DNA of 64,000 nucleotides from Gemmatimonadota bacterium. GTDB lineage: Bacteria > Gemmatimonadota > Gemmatimonadetes > Gemmatimonadales > GWC2-71-9. Positions 46,651 to 57,690 of this stretch are shown piece after piece. Numbering within the stretch: position 1 is the stretch's first letter; the number at the start of each line of letters is the position of its first letter. The position numbers and the translations under genes were made by a program. The DNA lies in contig VGVQ01000010.1 of the NCBI GenBank assembly GCA_016874005.1, forward strand, positions 67,815 through 131,814, in the 5' to 3' direction. The notes below the pieces were generated by a model that did not search any database, was not told where the DNA came from, and worked only from the letters and a program-made list of their open reading frames with translations.

Positions 46651-48672
46651 TCACAACAACGGCCACCAGAGGCGGGGTAGGTCGACCGCGAGGCCCCAGT
46701 GGCCGCCCTCGCCGAGCCCCCGCCCGAGCTCCAGGCGAACCGTTCGGTCGAAAAGCTCGACGACGCCGCCGACCGCGACCCGAACGCCAGCCGAGGGCAC
46801 CCACGGAGCGCCCTCGACCGCCCCGGCGGCCCACCCGGCCGAAACCGCTGGCCCAATCCGCAGCGACCACCCGGTCCGCCCGAATGGCCCCAGCGGAAGC
46901 GAGGGCGCCGGCACCACGGCAAGCCACTCCGCCGATCCAAGCGCGATCCGCCGCCCCCCATAGGCTCGGTGCGGCAGGCCGAGGAGGGTCCCCTGACCGC
47001 CGATGACCATCGAGCGCCACGGCGGGAGCCGCCCGATTGCAGCCCCGAGGACTCCTCTGGCGCTCAACGTCCCGCCGGTGAGTCCAACGGAGAAGTCGCC
47101 GGTCGCGAGGGCACGGGCAAAACCGCCCGACCCCGTGCCAGCCTCGAAGGTGAACTCGCCCCGTCGCTGCTCGCCCACGGACCGGGACCCATCAAACGTT
47201 AAACCGACTTGACCGAACAGACGACCCCGATCTCCTGGCACCGAGTTAGGGCGAAAAGCCCCATGGGCGGCCCGAGCGACGACCGCCGCGGCTTCGCTCC
47301 GCACCCAGCCAAGTTCCGCGGACCCCGTGGCGACCGGTCCGAGCCGGGTCCGGATTCCGAGGCCCAGGAGGTCTCGGCGGACGTAGTCGCCGAGGTCGCG
47401 CCCGAGTTCCTGACCCAAGAACGAGTTGACGAGCGGGCTCGCCGCCGGCGACTGGCCGACATCGAACACGGCCCGTTCCGCCCGGAGGGTCACCGTCGAG
47501 CCAGCCAATCGGCCGGTGGCCTTGACCCGACCCGAGAGCCGCCGGTCACCGAACCCGTAACCCACGCCAATCCGGAGTTCATCGCCGATCGCGCCGCGGA
47601 GCGAGATCCCCCCGCCTACCGCCAGCCCCTCCACCCGATTGAAGCGCGCAACGTCGCTCATTCGGCTCACCGAGAGGCCGAAGCGCGGAAGGCCATCGAG
47701 CAGCCTGCCCCGGGCGATCGCGCGGGCCTCCTGTCGAAGGGCGTCGAGCCGACCGGTCGCGGCCAGGCTGGAATCGACCAGGGGGCCGAACGCGAGCGGT
47801 GGACCGGCCCGGACGGGGCGCCTCATTCCCGCGACCGAGGGTCCCCGCCACTCGATCGGCGGCAATGCCGGGTTGATTTCGTGGTCGCCGATCTGCCAGT
47901 CACCCCGAATGACGGTACGAATCGGAAGCCGGACGGCCGTCGTTCGGCGGCGAATCTCGATCACCTGGCGATAGGGCAACCAATAGCGACCCTCGAAGAG
48001 CGCCCGCTCGAGCCGGACGGTGATGTCCTCGAGTTCCCGGTCGAGGTAGCTGGCCGGGGTGAACCCGAACTCCGATCGGACCACCTGCAAACGGTCGCGG
48101 TCGAGGTAGAGCCGCCCGATCACGGCGGGGGCCCGGTGGTCCTTGGGACGGACCTCGAGACCGACCAGGACGAGGCGGCTGGAACCGAGGGTCACAGTGA
48201 TGGTGTCGGCCAGCCGGTATTCGTAGTGAACCAAGCCGGTCGGGGCGAAGGGATGCACCACGTCGCGCACTTCGTCGCCATCACCGAGACGAATGGCGTT
48301 GCCGAAGTCGTCGGTGACGATCCCGAGGTGATCGCGATGGTACCAGATGCCGGTGGGGAACAGGGTGGTGTCCTGCCACGCTCGAATGATCTGCTTGCTC
48401 TGATCGGGCCGTTGCCAATACACTTCGACCTCGACCCGGTCCGCCTTCAAGAGCCGCGACGAGCTGGCTTCGTCGAGGTCGACGTCGGCCCGAAAGGTGA
48501 TCAGGCCCCGCGCTTTGGCCGAGTAGCCGGCGAGACTCGAGTCGGCCACGGCGATCGTGCGTCGCTCGATCGCCCGGGTCGCCAGCGCGACCGAGGTACT
48601 ATCGTTCCACTGCTGGCCGGCGAGAGGGGAAGCCATGACGCCAAGGGCACTCCACAGCGACCGATGGGTCAT
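46651..48672 (-). CDS. Omp85/surface-antigen(D15)-like outer-membrane beta-barrel protein with a non-POTRA N-terminal region
   Basis: 673 aa with the signal MTHRSLWSALGVMASPLAGQQ. The C-terminal half has alternating beta-strand patterning and Omp85-type motifs (RFNRVEGL; VIGGQGTLLGLPHRAYGGRRIALGSAEW). The N-terminal half is unassigned. Confidence 0.7.
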   Translation of the reverse strand: MTHRSLWSALGVMASPLAGQQWNDSTSVALATRAIERRTIAVADSSLAGYSAKARGLITFRADVDLDEASSSRLLKADRVEVEVYWQRPDQSKQIIRAWQDTTLFPTGIWYHRDHLGIVTDDFGNAIRLGDGDEVRDVVHPFAPTGLVHYEYRLADTITVTLGSSRLVLVGLEVRPKDHRAPAVIGRLYLDRDRLQVVRSEFGFTPASYLDRELEDITVRLERALFEGRYWLPYRQVIEIRRRTTAVRLPIRTVIRGDWQIGDHEINPALPPIEWRGPSVAGMRRPVRAGPPLAFGPLVDSSLAATGRLDALRQEARAIARGRLLDGLPRFGLSVSRMSDVARFNRVEGLAVGGGISLRGAIGDELRIGVGYGFGDRRLSGRVKATGRLAGSTVTLRAERAVFDVGQSPAASPLVNSFLGQELGRDLGDYVRRDLLGLGIRTRLGPVATGSAELGWVRSEAAAVVARAAHGAFRPNSVPGDRGRLFGQVGLTFDGSRSVGEQRRGEFTFEAGTGSGGFARALATGDFSVGLTGGTLSARGVLGAAIGRLPPWRSMVIGGQGTLLGLPHRAYGGRRIALGSAEWLAVVPAPSLPLGPFGRTGWSLRIGPAVSAGWAAGAVEGAPWVPSAGVRVAVGGVVELFDRTVRLELGRGLGEGGHWGLAVDLPRLWWPLL

Positions 48673-48687
48673 CGTTCCGGCAATATA

Positions 48688-49245
48688 GTGGCCCGAGCCG
48701 TGTCGCTCTGCCTCATCGCGGCCGCCTGCGGTGGAAGCGCGGCCCGGCCCAACGTCGCCGGCCCGCCCAGCGCGTTGCCGTTACCGCCAGATAGCCACAT
48801 CGATTCCGTTTTCGTCCTCGAATCGGGCGGCGGCACCCCGGAGGATACCTCGGTCGTGGTGCCACCGAACCAGCCCCGGACGATCCTGATTCGCCGGGGG
48901 CCCCCGGACAACAGTCTCTTCGCCCGACTGGTGGTCGCCCCGGCCCCGACCGAACGGCGCCTAACGATCCGGCCACGGCCCGGTCTCTACGGCGTCGAGC
49001 TGCAGGCCACCGCCGAGTTCGCCGGCCGGCTGACCCTGAGCTATGCCCAGCACTTCGTCGCCCCGTCCGGGGCCAGGACGCGGTATGGGAGCGACCTGGC
49101 CTTCGAGCGGGCCCTCCTGCTCGCCCAGGCGTTCCCCGACGGTCGGATCGTGTTCCTCCGAACCGCCCGGGTCGGCGCCGACATGGTCATGGCGGACCTC
49201 GCCGGGTCGGGGCAGTACCTCGTCGCGGCCCCGAGGACGAGATGA
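48688..49245 (+). CDS. hypothetical lipoprotein, translationally coupled to the FHA-GAF-cyclase gene
   Basis: GTG at 48688 gives VARAVSLCLIAAACGGS (lipobox), followed by a 185-aa protein-like sequence. Its stop overlaps the next ATG (ATGA at 49242-49245). The upstream 480 codons of the 678-aa track ORF are antisense shadow of the Omp85-like gene. Confidence 0.6.
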   Translation: MARAVSLCLIAAACGGSAARPNVAGPPSALPLPPDSHIDSVFVLESGGGTPEDTSVVVPPNQPRTILIRRGPPDNSLFARLVVAPAPTERRLTIRPRPGLYGVELQATAEFAGRLTLSYAQHFVAPSGARTRYGSDLAFERALLLAQAFPDGRIVFLRTARVGADMVMADLAGSGQYLVAAPRTR

Positions 49246-50798
49246 GTTGGGTCCTCAGGGGCGTCGGCCACGAACATTCCTTTCCGGTCGAGGGCCCGGT
49301 GCTGATCGGGCGGGCCCCCGAGTGCACCGTGGCGATCACCGACGCCACGGTGTCGCGACGGCATGCCGAACTGCTCGCGACCCCCAGCGGAGTCGCGGTC
49401 CGCGACCTGAACAGCTCGAACGGCACCACGGTCAACGGTGCCCGAGTCACCGTCGGCGACCTGCTCCCGGGCGACACGGTCGCCTTCGGGAAGGTGATCT
49501 ATCGGCTGACCAGCGGTGCCGAGCCGCCAGCCGGCGAAGCCGTCGCCGACGGAACCGTGATCCGCCCGCTCGACGTCGGGGCGGCCCGCGACGCGCTCGC
49601 CGCCGCCCCCGCCATCGCCACCAACGTGCAGGCCCGCCAGCTGGCCCGGGTGCTCGACGTCGCCAAACGGCTCTCGGGAGAGATCGACGCCAATCGGCTC
49701 CTCAACCTGGTGGTCGACCTCACCTTCGACCTGCTGCCGTGCGATCGGGTCTCGTTGCTGCTGCTCGACGAAGCCTCCGGCGAGTTGGTCCAAGCGTGCT
49801 CCAAGAGCCGCCTCGGCGACGCGGCCAGCGTTCGGGTGCCGCGCTCGATCGCCCGGGCGGCCGTGGAACAGAAGAACCCGATCATGACCGAGAACGCCCA
49901 GGCCGATAGTCGGTTCGGCAGCGGATCGGTGGTGCTCCAGAGCGTTCGCGCCGCCATCTGCACGCCCCTCCTGGCGACCCGCGACCGGGTCCTGGGGGCG
50001 CTCTACGTCGACACCCTGACCGCGAGCGAGCCCTTCGGCGAAGGCGACGCGACCATGCTTTTTGCCTTCGGCGGCTTGGCGGCGGTGACCCTGGGCAAGC
50101 TGCGGTACGAGGAGGAGAGCCGGCGGGAAGCTCAGGTCCGGGCCAATTTCGAGCGGTTCTTCGCTCCCGAGGTTGCCGAACGGATCGCCCGGGAGCCGGG
50201 CGCCATCCGGCAGACCGGGGAGCGGCGGCCCGCGGCCGTGTTGTTCAGCGACATCCGGGGGTTCACCACGATCGCCGAGTCGATCCCGCCGGACTCGTTA
50301 GGCTCGCTCCTGACCGAGTATTGCACCGAGATGGCCGACATCGTGTTCGAGCACGGCGGCACCCTGGACAAGTTCATCGGCGACGCGGTGATGGCGGTCT
50401 GGGGCGCTCCGCTGTCGGCGCCGGGCGACGCCGACCGGGCCCTCGCCGCGGCCCTGGCCATGCACCAGCGGGTCGCCTCGATGAACGACCGCTGGCGGCA
50501 CACCTCGTTCCCCGAGCTGGCGATCGGGATCGGCCTCAACTACGGCGAGGTGTTCGCCGGGTACCTCGGGAGCGAGCGGCGCCTCGAGTACACCGTCATC
50601 GGCGACACCGTGAACGTCGCCTCCCGTCTCTGCGAAGACGCCGGCCCTGGCGAAATCCGGATCGCGGCAGCGTTCGTCGAAGCGCTCACCATCCGCCCGG
50701 AACTCGCCCGCTGTCCCGACGTCGAGCTTCGCGGCAAACGCGATCGGGTGGCGGTCTACCGGATCGGAGCAGCGGACTCCGACCGGCCGAACCGGTAA
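49242..50798 (+). CDS. FHA - GAF - class III adenylate/guanylate cyclase
   Basis: The FHA domain reads LIGRAPECTVAITDATVSRRHAEL......VRDLNSSNGTTVNG. A GAF-like middle region follows. The cyclase domain reads AAVLFSDIRGFTTIAE...TLDKFIGDAVMAVWGAP...GLNYGEVFAGYLGS....YTVIGDTVNVASRL. Confidence 0.9.
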   Translation: MSWVLRGVGHEHSFPVEGPVLIGRAPECTVAITDATVSRRHAELLATPSGVAVRDLNSSNGTTVNGARVTVGDLLPGDTVAFGKVIYRLTSGAEPPAGEAVADGTVIRPLDVGAARDALAAAPAIATNVQARQLARVLDVAKRLSGEIDANRLLNLVVDLTFDLLPCDRVSLLLLDEASGELVQACSKSRLGDAASVRVPRSIARAAVEQKNPIMTENAQADSRFGSGSVVLQSVRAAICTPLLATRDRVLGALYVDTLTASEPFGEGDATMLFAFGGLAAVTLGKLRYEEESRREAQVRANFERFFAPEVAERIAREPGAIRQTGERRPAAVLFSDIRGFTTIAESIPPDSLGSLLTEYCTEMADIVFEHGGTLDKFIGDAVMAVWGAPLSAPGDADRALAAALAMHQRVASMNDRWRHTSFPELAIGIGLNYGEVFAGYLGSERRLEYTVIGDTVNVASRLCEDAGPGEIRIAAAFVEALTIRPELARCPDVELRGKRDRVAVYRIGAADSDRPNR

Positions 50799-51352
50799 GG
50801 CCGGCCCGCGGCCGCCAAGAGCTCCAACACCAGCCTCACCGGCAGTCCCATGACGCTGAAGAAATCGCCCTCGATCCGCTCGACCAGCGCCGCGCCGTAC
50901 CCCTGGATCCCGTACGCCCCCGCCTTGTCTATCGGCTCCCCGGTGGCGATGTAGTCTTCCAGGGTCTGGTCGCTCGCCTGCTTGAACACCACCGTGGTGG
51001 TATCGGCCGCCTGATACTCCCGTCCGTCGGCGATCAGGCAGATCGAGGTCACCACCTGGTGCCGCCGCCCCTGCAACAGCCGGAGCATCCGAAGCGCGTC
51101 CGCGGCGTCGACCGGCTTCTCGAGGATGGCCCCGTCGACGACCACGACGGTATCGGCGCCCAATACCAACGCCCCGGGGACTGCCCGGGCCTTGTCGCGC
51201 GCCAGCCGAGCCGAGTACCCCTCGGGCGTTTCCCGGGGCAGCGGAATCTCCTGCACCGCGCTGACCGTGACGACGACCGGAATCCCCAGCATCTCGAGCA
51301 GCTGGCGCCGCCGGGGCGATCCGGAGGCGAGGACCAAGGGTTGGTTATCCAT
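50756..51352 (-). CDS. maf: Maf-like nucleoside-triphosphate pyrophosphatase
   Basis: [19 protein letters not shown]..., ...GADTVV..DG.ILEKP... and KAGAYGIQG. Confidence 0.9.
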   Translation of the reverse strand: MDNQPLVLASGSPRRRQLLEMLGIPVVVTVSAVQEIPLPRETPEGYSARLARDKARAVPGALVLGADTVVVVDGAILEKPVDAADALRMLRLLQGRRHQVVTSICLIADGREYQAADTTTVVFKQASDQTLEDYIATGEPIDKAGAYGIQGYGAALVERIEGDFFSVMGLPVRLVLELLAAAGRPYRFGRSESAAPIR

Positions 51353-51791
51353 GGGACCGCTCGAGCATCAGCGTCACCGGACCGTCGTTGTGGATCTCGA
51401 CCATCATCTCGGCGCCGAACTCGCCGGTGGCAACCCGGAGCCCGGCCAACCGGAGCGCCTCGCAGAACGCCTGGTAGAGCGGGATCGCCGTGTCCGGGCG
51501 AGCCGCGTCGATGAATGACGGCCGCCGGCCCTTGGCGGCATCGCCGTAGAGCGTGAACTGCGAGACGACCAGCACCTCGCCACCCACCTCCGCGAGACCG
51601 AGGTTCATCTTGCCTTCGGCGTCCCCGAAGAGCCGCAGGCCCGCCACCTTGTCCGCCATCCACCGCACCTCGTCGCCGGTATCGCCGTGCGTGAAGCCGA
51701 CCAGGAGGCAGAAGCCTCGGCCGATCGCCCCTCGAACCGACCCATCGACCGTCACCGACGCCCGGGCCACCCGCTGGAGCAGCACTCGCAT
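51345..51791 (-). CDS. dtd: D-aminoacyl-tRNA deacylase
   Basis: ATG at 51789-51791. [17 protein letters not shown]...[11 protein letters not shown]...[17 protein letters not shown]...[19 protein letters not shown] is the canonical Dtd pattern (SQFTL, NDGPVT). Confidence 0.95.
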   Translation of the reverse strand: MRVLLQRVARASVTVDGSVRGAIGRGFCLLVGFTHGDTGDEVRWMADKVAGLRLFGDAEGKMNLGLAEVGGEVLVVSQFTLYGDAAKGRRPSFIDAARPDTAIPLYQAFCEALRLAGLRVATGEFGAEMMVEIHNDGPVTLMLERSHG

Positions 51792-51792
51792 C

Positions 51793-53244
51793 TCAGCGAC
51801 CCGCCGGGGCTTTCCGAGCCCGCTCGAGGGCCTCGGCCATGATCCGCTCTCGGGTGACGGCGTCGAGCACCCGGCCGTCGGCCACCACCACCGCCACCCG
51901 CCGAACGTTTTCGATGTCCTCCAAGGGATCGGCGTCGAGCAATACCAGGTCAGCCAACTTGCCGGCGGCGATGGTACCCAGCCGCTCACTCATCCCGAGC
52001 AACCGGGCCGGCTCCGAGGTGGCGGCCCGAAGCGCCTCCGAGGGGGTGAAGCCGACCGACACGAAGATCGCCAACTCGTCGTGGAGCGAGCTGCCGGGGA
52101 AGATATGAGGGTTCGCCAGGTCGGTCCCGGCCACGAAGCGAACCCCGACCTCCCGGAAAATCCGGGCGATCTCGAGCTGCCGAGCATAGACGAGGCGCCG
52201 CCTCGCCCAATCGGCGCTGGTCAACATCCGAAACCGGAAATCGACCTTGGGGTCCCAGCCGGACTTGAGAAAGCCGGGGATATAGGCGAGCCGCGAATCG
52301 GCCGCCAGCGTCGAGTCATCGAGCTTCGAGATCGATCGGAGCACCGTGAAGGTCGGCACCATCCAGGTTCCCGAAGCCGCGAACGCCCGCCCCAAGGCCC
52401 GGCACCGATCGGCGTCGAAGCTCGCCAGCACCCGCTCGGCCATTTCTCGGGACAGTCTCCCGGCGGAGTCCCAGGCCTTCGGTGAACGCACCGCCGCCGC
52501 CGACTGGACCAGCGTCTCTTCCTCCGCGGCGGAGCAACCCTGCATGGCCTGCTGGAGATGCTCGATGGTCTGCATCCCGAGTCGGGCCGCTTCTTCCGGC
52601 CGAACCAGACTCGGGACATGACCGGCGAAGGGAATCCCAACGGCCTTCGATCGCTCGGCGATCGCCCGGAAGGTCTCGGGCAGGAGCCGGCTGTAGACCT
52701 TGACGAAGGTTGCCCCAGCCGCCTTCATCGAGTCCACGATCCGGATCCCGTCGTCCGGGGTCGTGGCCACCACCGAGCCGGGCCAGATCGGGGGCGCCCC
52801 ATCGACCAGCTGACCGAATGCCGCGACCCGCGGCCCGTGCCACTGGCCGCTGGTCACCCGGCGCCGCCACTCGGCGACCGCTTCGGCGGTGGTGAACATG
52901 TCTCGCACCGCGGTGACGCCGTGGGCCACCATGAGGGGCATGAAGTACTCCCCGAACCAGGGAGTCGCGGCGTGCACGTGCATGTCCCATAGGCCCGGAA
53001 TCAAGAACTTGCCCCGACCATCGATTTGGCGAGCCCTGGCTGGCACCGAGGTCGTTTGGCTGGGGCCCACCACCGAGATCCGGTTCCCCTCGACCACGAC
53101 CGTTTGATCCGGTACCAGGGCACCGCGTTCCACGTCGACGACCGTCACCCGGACGAACGCCACGGCTGACGGTTGCTGGACCGACGGGACGGACGCTTTG
53201 CCGGCCCCGCCGGCGAGCAGGGCGGTCAGGAGGAGAGTCACCAT
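51793..53244 (-). CDS. amidohydrolase-superfamily metal-dependent hydrolase, secreted
   Basis: ...VTVVDVERG.....[12 protein letters not shown].......[19 protein letters not shown] is the HxH metal site. Later G.D and DLV.LD..PL..I motifs are typical of the imidazolonepropionase/prolidase-like clade. Confidence 0.8.
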   Translation of the reverse strand: MVTLLLTALLAGGAGKASVPSVQQPSAVAFVRVTVVDVERGALVPDQTVVVEGNRISVVGPSQTTSVPARARQIDGRGKFLIPGLWDMHVHAATPWFGEYFMPLMVAHGVTAVRDMFTTAEAVAEWRRRVTSGQWHGPRVAAFGQLVDGAPPIWPGSVVATTPDDGIRIVDSMKAAGATFVKVYSRLLPETFRAIAERSKAVGIPFAGHVPSLVRPEEAARLGMQTIEHLQQAMQGCSAAEEETLVQSAAAVRSPKAWDSAGRLSREMAERVLASFDADRCRALGRAFAASGTWMVPTFTVLRSISKLDDSTLAADSRLAYIPGFLKSGWDPKVDFRFRMLTSADWARRRLVYARQLEIARIFREVGVRFVAGTDLANPHIFPGSSLHDELAIFVSVGFTPSEALRAATSEPARLLGMSERLGTIAAGKLADLVLLDADPLEDIENVRRVAVVVADGRVLDAVTRERIMAEALERARKAPAGR

Positions 53245-53316
53245 CGGGAAACGCCAACCGGGTCGAAGGAGCCCGAAAGCTATCCTCCGACCCGGTCCGA
53301 CTGCAGCGCCCCGGAC

Positions 53317-55143
<1,827 letters not shown>

Positions 55144-55148
55144 AGGCT

Positions 55149-56504
55149 CTAGACCAGCTCCTGACATGTGGCGATCAACGCCCGGGCCGCCTCTTCCGTC
55201 GGGGCCTCCGCTATGTACCGAATGATCGGCTCCGTTCCTGAAGGACGAACGTGAACCCAGCGGTCGCGCCACCCCAGCCTGAGCCCGTCTCGCCGATCAA
55301 CTTGGCCATCGTGGAACCGCTCGACCAGGCCCCGGTATAGTACCTCTAAGTTGGCACCCCGTGGTGACTTAGCCTTCACGATCCGGTAACGGGGAGCCCC
55401 AGCAACCACCTGGCTCGGCGTGGTTCCCTCCACTGCCAAATATTGCAAGATCAAAGCCACACCCAAAGGGGCGTCACGGCCGATGTGCAGGGATGGCAGA
55501 ATGACCCCTCCGTTCCCTTCCCCCCCGATCAGCGCCCCCTCAGTCTTGATCGCCTCGGCCACGTTGGCCTCGCCGACCGCGGCCCGGACGAACTTGGCCC
55601 CGAACGCGGCGGCCGCGTCTTCGACGACCAGGCTGGTGGAGAGGTTCGCCACGACGGTCGCCGGATCGCCGCGCCGCGCTCGACTCAAAACTGCCCGAAC
55701 CGCGAATGCGAGCGTGTAGTCCTCGCCGATGGCGCGACCGTGCTCGTCGACTAGAGCCAAGCGATCGACGTCCGGGTCGACCGCCAGGCCAATATCAGCG
55801 CCAGAGTCCCGGACCAGCTGGCAGAGCTCGCCCAGATTCTCCGGGAGGGGCTCCGGCTCCCTCGGAAACCGCCCATCCGGTTCCAAGTGGATCCCCGCCA
55901 CCCGGCAGCCGAGGTGCTCGAGCAGCTTGGTGATCACCGGTCCGCCCGCCCCCCGAACGCAATCGAGCGCGACGACGAAGCGCCGGGCCCGGATCGCGTC
56001 GACATCGACCAGCCGATACACCGCCTCGAGGTGTCGGTCGACCGCCTGATCGTCGCGACGGACCGACCCGATCCCGTCCCAGCCCGCCCGCGACGGTCCC
56101 TCGTCGGCCAGCGCCCGCACGGCGGCTCCGGCCGCGGCGTCCAAGAAGATCCCATCCGGGCCGACGAACTTGAGGGCGTTCCATTGGACCGGGTTATGAC
56201 TGGCGGTGATGATCAGACCGGCCCCGGCGTGGTGATGCTCGACCGCCAACTGGACCGTCGGCGTGGGGACGACGCCGACGTCGATCACATTCACACCGAC
56301 GCTGTTGAGGCCGGCAATGGCCGCCTGGGCGAACATCGCGCCGCTGGTCCGGGCGTCGCGGCCGACGACCACCACCGGCTGCCCCCTGCCGACGGCCCAA
56401 GCGCCCAGGGCCGCCGCGTACCGTGCCACCAACTCCGGAGTGAGGTCGGTTCCGACGATGCCTCGCATCCCGGAGACCGACACCATCAGTGTCGACGATG
56501 TCAT
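55149..56504 (-). CDS. glmM: alpha-D-phosphohexomutase family enzyme, probably phosphoglucosamine mutase
   Basis: VSGMRGIVG, phosphoserine loop ITASHNP, metal loop DPDVDR and GGEGNGG. It sits 5 nt upstream of glmS, which supports the GlmM role. PMM/PGM specificity cannot be excluded. Confidence 0.8.
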   Translation of the reverse strand: MTSSTLMVSVSGMRGIVGTDLTPELVARYAAALGAWAVGRGQPVVVVGRDARTSGAMFAQAAIAGLNSVGVNVIDVGVVPTPTVQLAVEHHHAGAGLIITASHNPVQWNALKFVGPDGIFLDAAAGAAVRALADEGPSRAGWDGIGSVRRDDQAVDRHLEAVYRLVDVDAIRARRFVVALDCVRGAGGPVITKLLEHLGCRVAGIHLEPDGRFPREPEPLPENLGELCQLVRDSGADIGLAVDPDVDRLALVDEHGRAIGEDYTLAFAVRAVLSRARRGDPATVVANLSTSLVVEDAAAAFGAKFVRAAVGEANVAEAIKTEGALIGGEGNGGVILPSLHIGRDAPLGVALILQYLAVEGTTPSQVVAGAPRYRIVKAKSPRGANLEVLYRGLVERFHDGQVDRRDGLRLGWRDRWVHVRPSGTEPIIRYIAEAPTEEAARALIATCQELV

Positions 56505-57631
56505 TGGGTAAAGTTAGGCGGTGGCCAGGGGCAATCGGGAGGGATCGGGAAAAGCCCGGAGAAACGCCGCCACCACGTCCGGATCGAACTGGAGCCCGGC
56601 ACAGCGGTGGAGCTCCTCCATGGCGCCGCCGGTTGCCTCGAGGGCCGGTAGGCCCGGTTGGTGGTCATCGCGTCGAAGGCATCGACCACGCACACCAGCC
56701 GCGCCGGCATCGGGATCGACTCGCCCCGAAGGCCGTCGGGGAACCCGGACCCGTCCATCCGCTCGTGGTGGGAACGGACGATCTCCAGCACCACCGGCTG
56801 ATCACGCCGGAGCGGCTCGAGGATCTCCTCCCCCTCGACCACGTGCTTCTTGATCTCGTCGAACTCATCCCTGGTCAGCGGCCCGGGCTTGTTCAGCACC
56901 GCGTCCCGGGTGCCGATCTTGCCGATGTCGTGGAGGTCACCACCGAGACGGATCTGATCCAAGGCCCCACCGGTGAACCCCAACATGACGGCGGTCCGGG
57001 CGGCGTAATGACTGACCCGCTGGGAGTGGCCCCGAGTGTAGATGTCCTTCTTCTCCAGCATCCGAACCGCCATCTGAACCTGACCGAGGAATTGCTCCTT
57101 GTTCTTGAGATCGAGCTCGCGCACGTTGGCCTCGAGGCGTTCCTGGTAGCTCTGCTGGAGATAGCGATTCTCGAGCACTAGGCGACGTTTTTCGAGGGCC
57201 TTTTCGACCCGGGCCCGGAACTCCTCGATCAAGACCGGCTTGGACAGGTAGTCGACCGCCCCGGCCTGAAGCGACTCGACCGCGGTCGTCACTTCGGCGA
57301 CCCCGGTGAGCATCAAGACCGCGGTATCGGGGTATCTTCGGAGCACCTCCCGGAGCAGGGTCAGGCCGTCCATCTCCGGCATGTAGAGGTCGCAGATGAG
57401 CAGGGGTAGCTCACCCGCCTCTTCCAGCACCAACAACGCCTCACGGCCGTTGCCCGCCTCGACGGGGCCAATCCCGAGGGCCTTGAGCACCCGGCACAAA
57501 GTGCGACGAACCTGGAGATCGTCATCGACCACCAGGGCGCGGGCCGTGTCGGCGGGAGCGACAGGCCGGCCGACGAACGGCTGACCCGAAACCGTGTAAG
57601 TGTTTTGTTTCAAAAGGTTTCCGCTCTCCAT
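56501..57631 (-). CDS. response regulator REC - HD-GYP (RpfG-like c-di-GMP phosphodiesterase) with an apparent 1-nt frameshift near the 3' end
   Basis: ATG at 57629-57631. The REC domain has VVDDD...LLICDLYMPEMDG...LSKP. The HD-GYP domain has HSQRV, GGDLHDIGKIG, HHERMDGSGFPDGL and DAFDAMTTNRAYR. After ...NRAYR the annotated frame becomes junk. The -1 frame instead reads ALEATGGAMEELHRCAGLQFDPDVVAAFLRAFPDPSRLPLATA*, with its stop at 56514-56516. Confidence 0.85.
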   Translation of the reverse strand: MESGNLLKQNTYTVSGQPFVGRPVAPADTARALVVDDDLQVRRTLCRVLKALGIGPVEAGNGREALLVLEEAGELPLLICDLYMPEMDGLTLLREVLRRYPDTAVLMLTGVAEVTTAVESLQAGAVDYLSKPVLIEEFRARVEKALEKRRLVLENRYLQQSYQERLEANVRELDLKNKEQFLGQVQMAVRMLEKKDIYTRGHSQRVSHYAARTAVMLGFTGGALDQIRLGGDLHDIGKIGTRDAVLNKPGPLTRDEFDEIKKHVVEGEEILEPLRRDQPVVLEIVRSHHERMDGSGFPDGLRGESIPMPARLVCVVDAFDAMTTNRAYRPSRQPAAPWRSSTAVPGSSSIRTWWRRFSGLFPIPPDCPWPPPNFTQ

Positions 57632-57690
57632 CCTTGCCCGGCGGCGGCGCCGCTGGTTAGGTTCCCCGCTCCCCCATCCAAGCAAGACTC

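Noticed and set aside
55144-55148. glmS ribozyme upstream of glmS.
   Set aside because: Only 5 nt separate the glmM stop from the glmS start, so there is no room for a structured leader.
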